Positions 30,600 to 32,000 of a stretch of 32,000 nucleotides of DNA are shown here, in pieces. Within the stretch, counting starts at the first letter, position 1. Every line of letters begins with the position of its first letter. Source of the stretch: Candidatus Iainarchaeum sp. (GTDB taxonomy: Archaea; Iainarchaeota; Iainarchaeia; Iainarchaeales; JAZDEL01); assembly GCA_043808785.1 (NCBI GenBank), contig JAZDEL010000004.1:150001-182000 (forward strand), in the 5' to 3' direction. The notes under the pieces were generated by a model. It saw only the letters and a list, made by a program, of their open reading frames with translations. It made no database searches and was not told where the DNA came from. The translations under genes were made by a program, and so were the position numbers.

Positions 30600-31292
30600 T
30601 CATAATTTCGCCTCCAATGAAAGTGCTGAGCCGTCGCGCAGGGAAAATTTTTTTCGCAAATTCACGGGAGCGATTACCTCGGCGATGTGCGAAGGATGGG
30701 AGGTGCGCTCGGGAACGACAATTGCGCCGCTTACCTTTGGGACGCCCGCCTTGCCTGCAACCGTAATGCAATAACATTTGCTCGAGCCGAATGTCCGTCC
30801 CCCCGCGGAAAAGCCGGAAATGAAAATCGGGGCAATGCTGTCCAGAAAATTTTTCAGTTCGTGCTCTTCGATTTTCAGGTTCATCGTGCCGAGAAAGGGC
30901 GTGAAGCCGAGCGCATCCCTCAACTGCGCGAGGTATTTCTGCTGCGAGAGGTAATAGGAACCCTCGCCCAATCCGGAAACCACGGAACCCGTGATTTTCA
31001 TTTTTTTTGTTTTGTTTTTCGCCGAAAAAATGCTTTGCATGAGCGAGAACTGCGCGTGCAGGGAATCCCTGCCCTTCTTTGTGAGCGAGACCGTTATCCC
31101 GCGTGCGCCGGCACTGCGGCTAACCATCCCCGCATTTTCAAGCGCACGCAGCCTGCGGGAGGCGGATTGCTGGGAAGCGCCGAGCGCGTGCGCAACTGCG
31201 CCTGTGGAAAGCAGGGCGGAACCGTTAAGGCCCGCACGCTGCGCAACAAGCATAAGCAGTTCGGGATCCGCACTTGTACCTGCCCTTTTCAT
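30600..31292 (-). CDS. ribK: CTP-dependent riboflavin kinase fused to an N-terminal winged-helix domain (RbkR-type regulator/kinase)
   Basis: The C-terminal half (MKITGSVVSGLGEGSYYL...GTMNLK...GAIVVPERTSHPSHIAEVIAP) matches the MJ0056 family. The N-terminal half (ALGASQQSASRRLRALENAGMVSR) is an HTH. Confidence 0.8.
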   Translation of the reverse strand: MKRAGTSADPELLMLVAQRAGLNGSALLSTGAVAHALGASQQSASRRLRALENAGMVSRSAGARGITVSLTKKGRDSLHAQFSLMQSIFSAKNKTKKMKITGSVVSGLGEGSYYLSQQKYLAQLRDALGFTPFLGTMNLKIEEHELKNFLDSIAPIFISGFSAGGRTFGSSKCYCITVAGKAGVPKVSGAIVVPERTSHPSHIAEVIAPVNLRKKFSLRDGSALSLEAKL

Positions 31293-31362
31293 GCAGGGAT
31301 TGTGCCACATAGTTACTTAAAAACGTTATGATTAACGGAAATGAGTAGGCAAACGGGCGCGC

Positions 31363-32000
31363 TCACTTCGCCATGTAAATCGTCTGCGTCGGGAAGGCGA
31401 AGTCTATTTTGTTTTTGTCGAACGCCTCTTTGATTGCGAAGTTCACGTTGCTCTTCACGCGCATCCAGTTGTCGAGGTCCTCTATGTAGTAAATCAGGAA
31501 AATATCGAGGCTGAAATCCTTGAACTCGGAGAAATAAATATCGGGGTTTTTCCTGCAGCCCTTTGTTTTGCCCACGGCTTCGGTGAGCAGCTTCTCCGCA
31601 AGGCGCATTTTTTTCACGGGCGTGCCGTAAGTGATGCCGAGATGCACGCGCATCTTGCGCGCGGGGACTGAGGAAATGTTGGTTACGATTGCGCTACTTA
31701 TCTTCGAGTTCGGCAGGGTGACTATGCGGTCGTCAAGGTCGAGCACGCGCGTTGTGCGCAGGCCGACCTCCTTAATCTGCCCTATCCTGCCGTCGAATTC
31801 CACCCAGTCGCCTATTTTGAACGGCTTGCTCGCGAATATGGAGATGCCGCCGAAAAAGTTCGATATGGTTTCCTGCGCTGCAAACGCCACTGCAAGGCCG
31901 CCTATGCCGAGGCCGGCAAGCAGCGCCGTTACATCATAGCCGAAGTTGCTGATTATCATTATGCCGGCGAGGAGCATTATGCTCGCCTTCGAAAGTTTCC
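31363..32000 (-). CDS. mechanosensitive ion channel (MscS family), N-terminus beyond the window
   Basis: PFKIGDWVEFDGRIGQIKEVGLRTTRVLDLDDRIVTLPNS signature. The reading frame stays open to the window edge. Confidence 0.85.
   Translation of the reverse strand, partial: KLSKASIMLLAGIMIISNFGYDVTALLAGLGIGGLAVAFAAQETISNFFGGISIFASKPFKIGDWVEFDGRIGQIKEVGLRTTRVLDLDDRIVTLPNSKISSAIVTNISSVPARKMRVHLGITYGTPVKKMRLAEKLLTEAVGKTKGCRKNPDIYFSEFKDFSLDIFLIYYIEDLDNWMRVKSNVNFAIKEAFDKNKIDFAFPTQTIYMAK

Overview
GC-rich, gene-dense archaeal-type contig. Evidence for this: many genes start about 25-30 nt downstream of TTTAAATA-like TATA boxes, tRNAs contain introns, tRNA-Tyr has a C1-G72 pair, and the riboflavin genes (ribC, ribK) are archaeal-type. 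Assignment to an uncultivated, possibly DPANN-like lineage is inference only.

Housekeeping and transport content:
- MgtC, a PAP2 phosphatase, and a pstSCAB operon with a divergent small AbrB-type regulator and no phoU.
- An EamA transporter, two MscS channels and TatD.
- A ferredoxin:thioredoxin-reductase-like gene divergent from a DUF134 / Zn-ribbon / DUF5320 / ZIP / thioredoxin-CcdA block.
- TspO, an ABC-2 exporter pair, a COG4880 beta-propeller lipoprotein, and ribK(rbkR)-ribC-ribH.

Two regions stand out.
1. The tRNA loci (1-85, 2044-2397, 15061-15383). They carry unusually long structured introns. A 63-nt leader is conserved directly in front of two different tRNAs, and a homologous module sits at the 3' end of the tRNA-Tyr intron. 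A GA-rich hairpin recurs four times with different stem sequences. The 3' end of tRNA-Asp is duplicated exactly (20 nt).
2. A secretome island (15457-22829). It encodes lipoproteins with tandem 6-Cys modules and endostatin/DUF1554-like C-terminal domains, a Kazal-like protein and a large Q/G-rich protein.

Several short 'ghost' gene ends (ribH 5' end, PPC gene 3' end) differ from the live copy mostly at synonymous positions. No CRISPR array, rRNA or recognisable transposase was seen.
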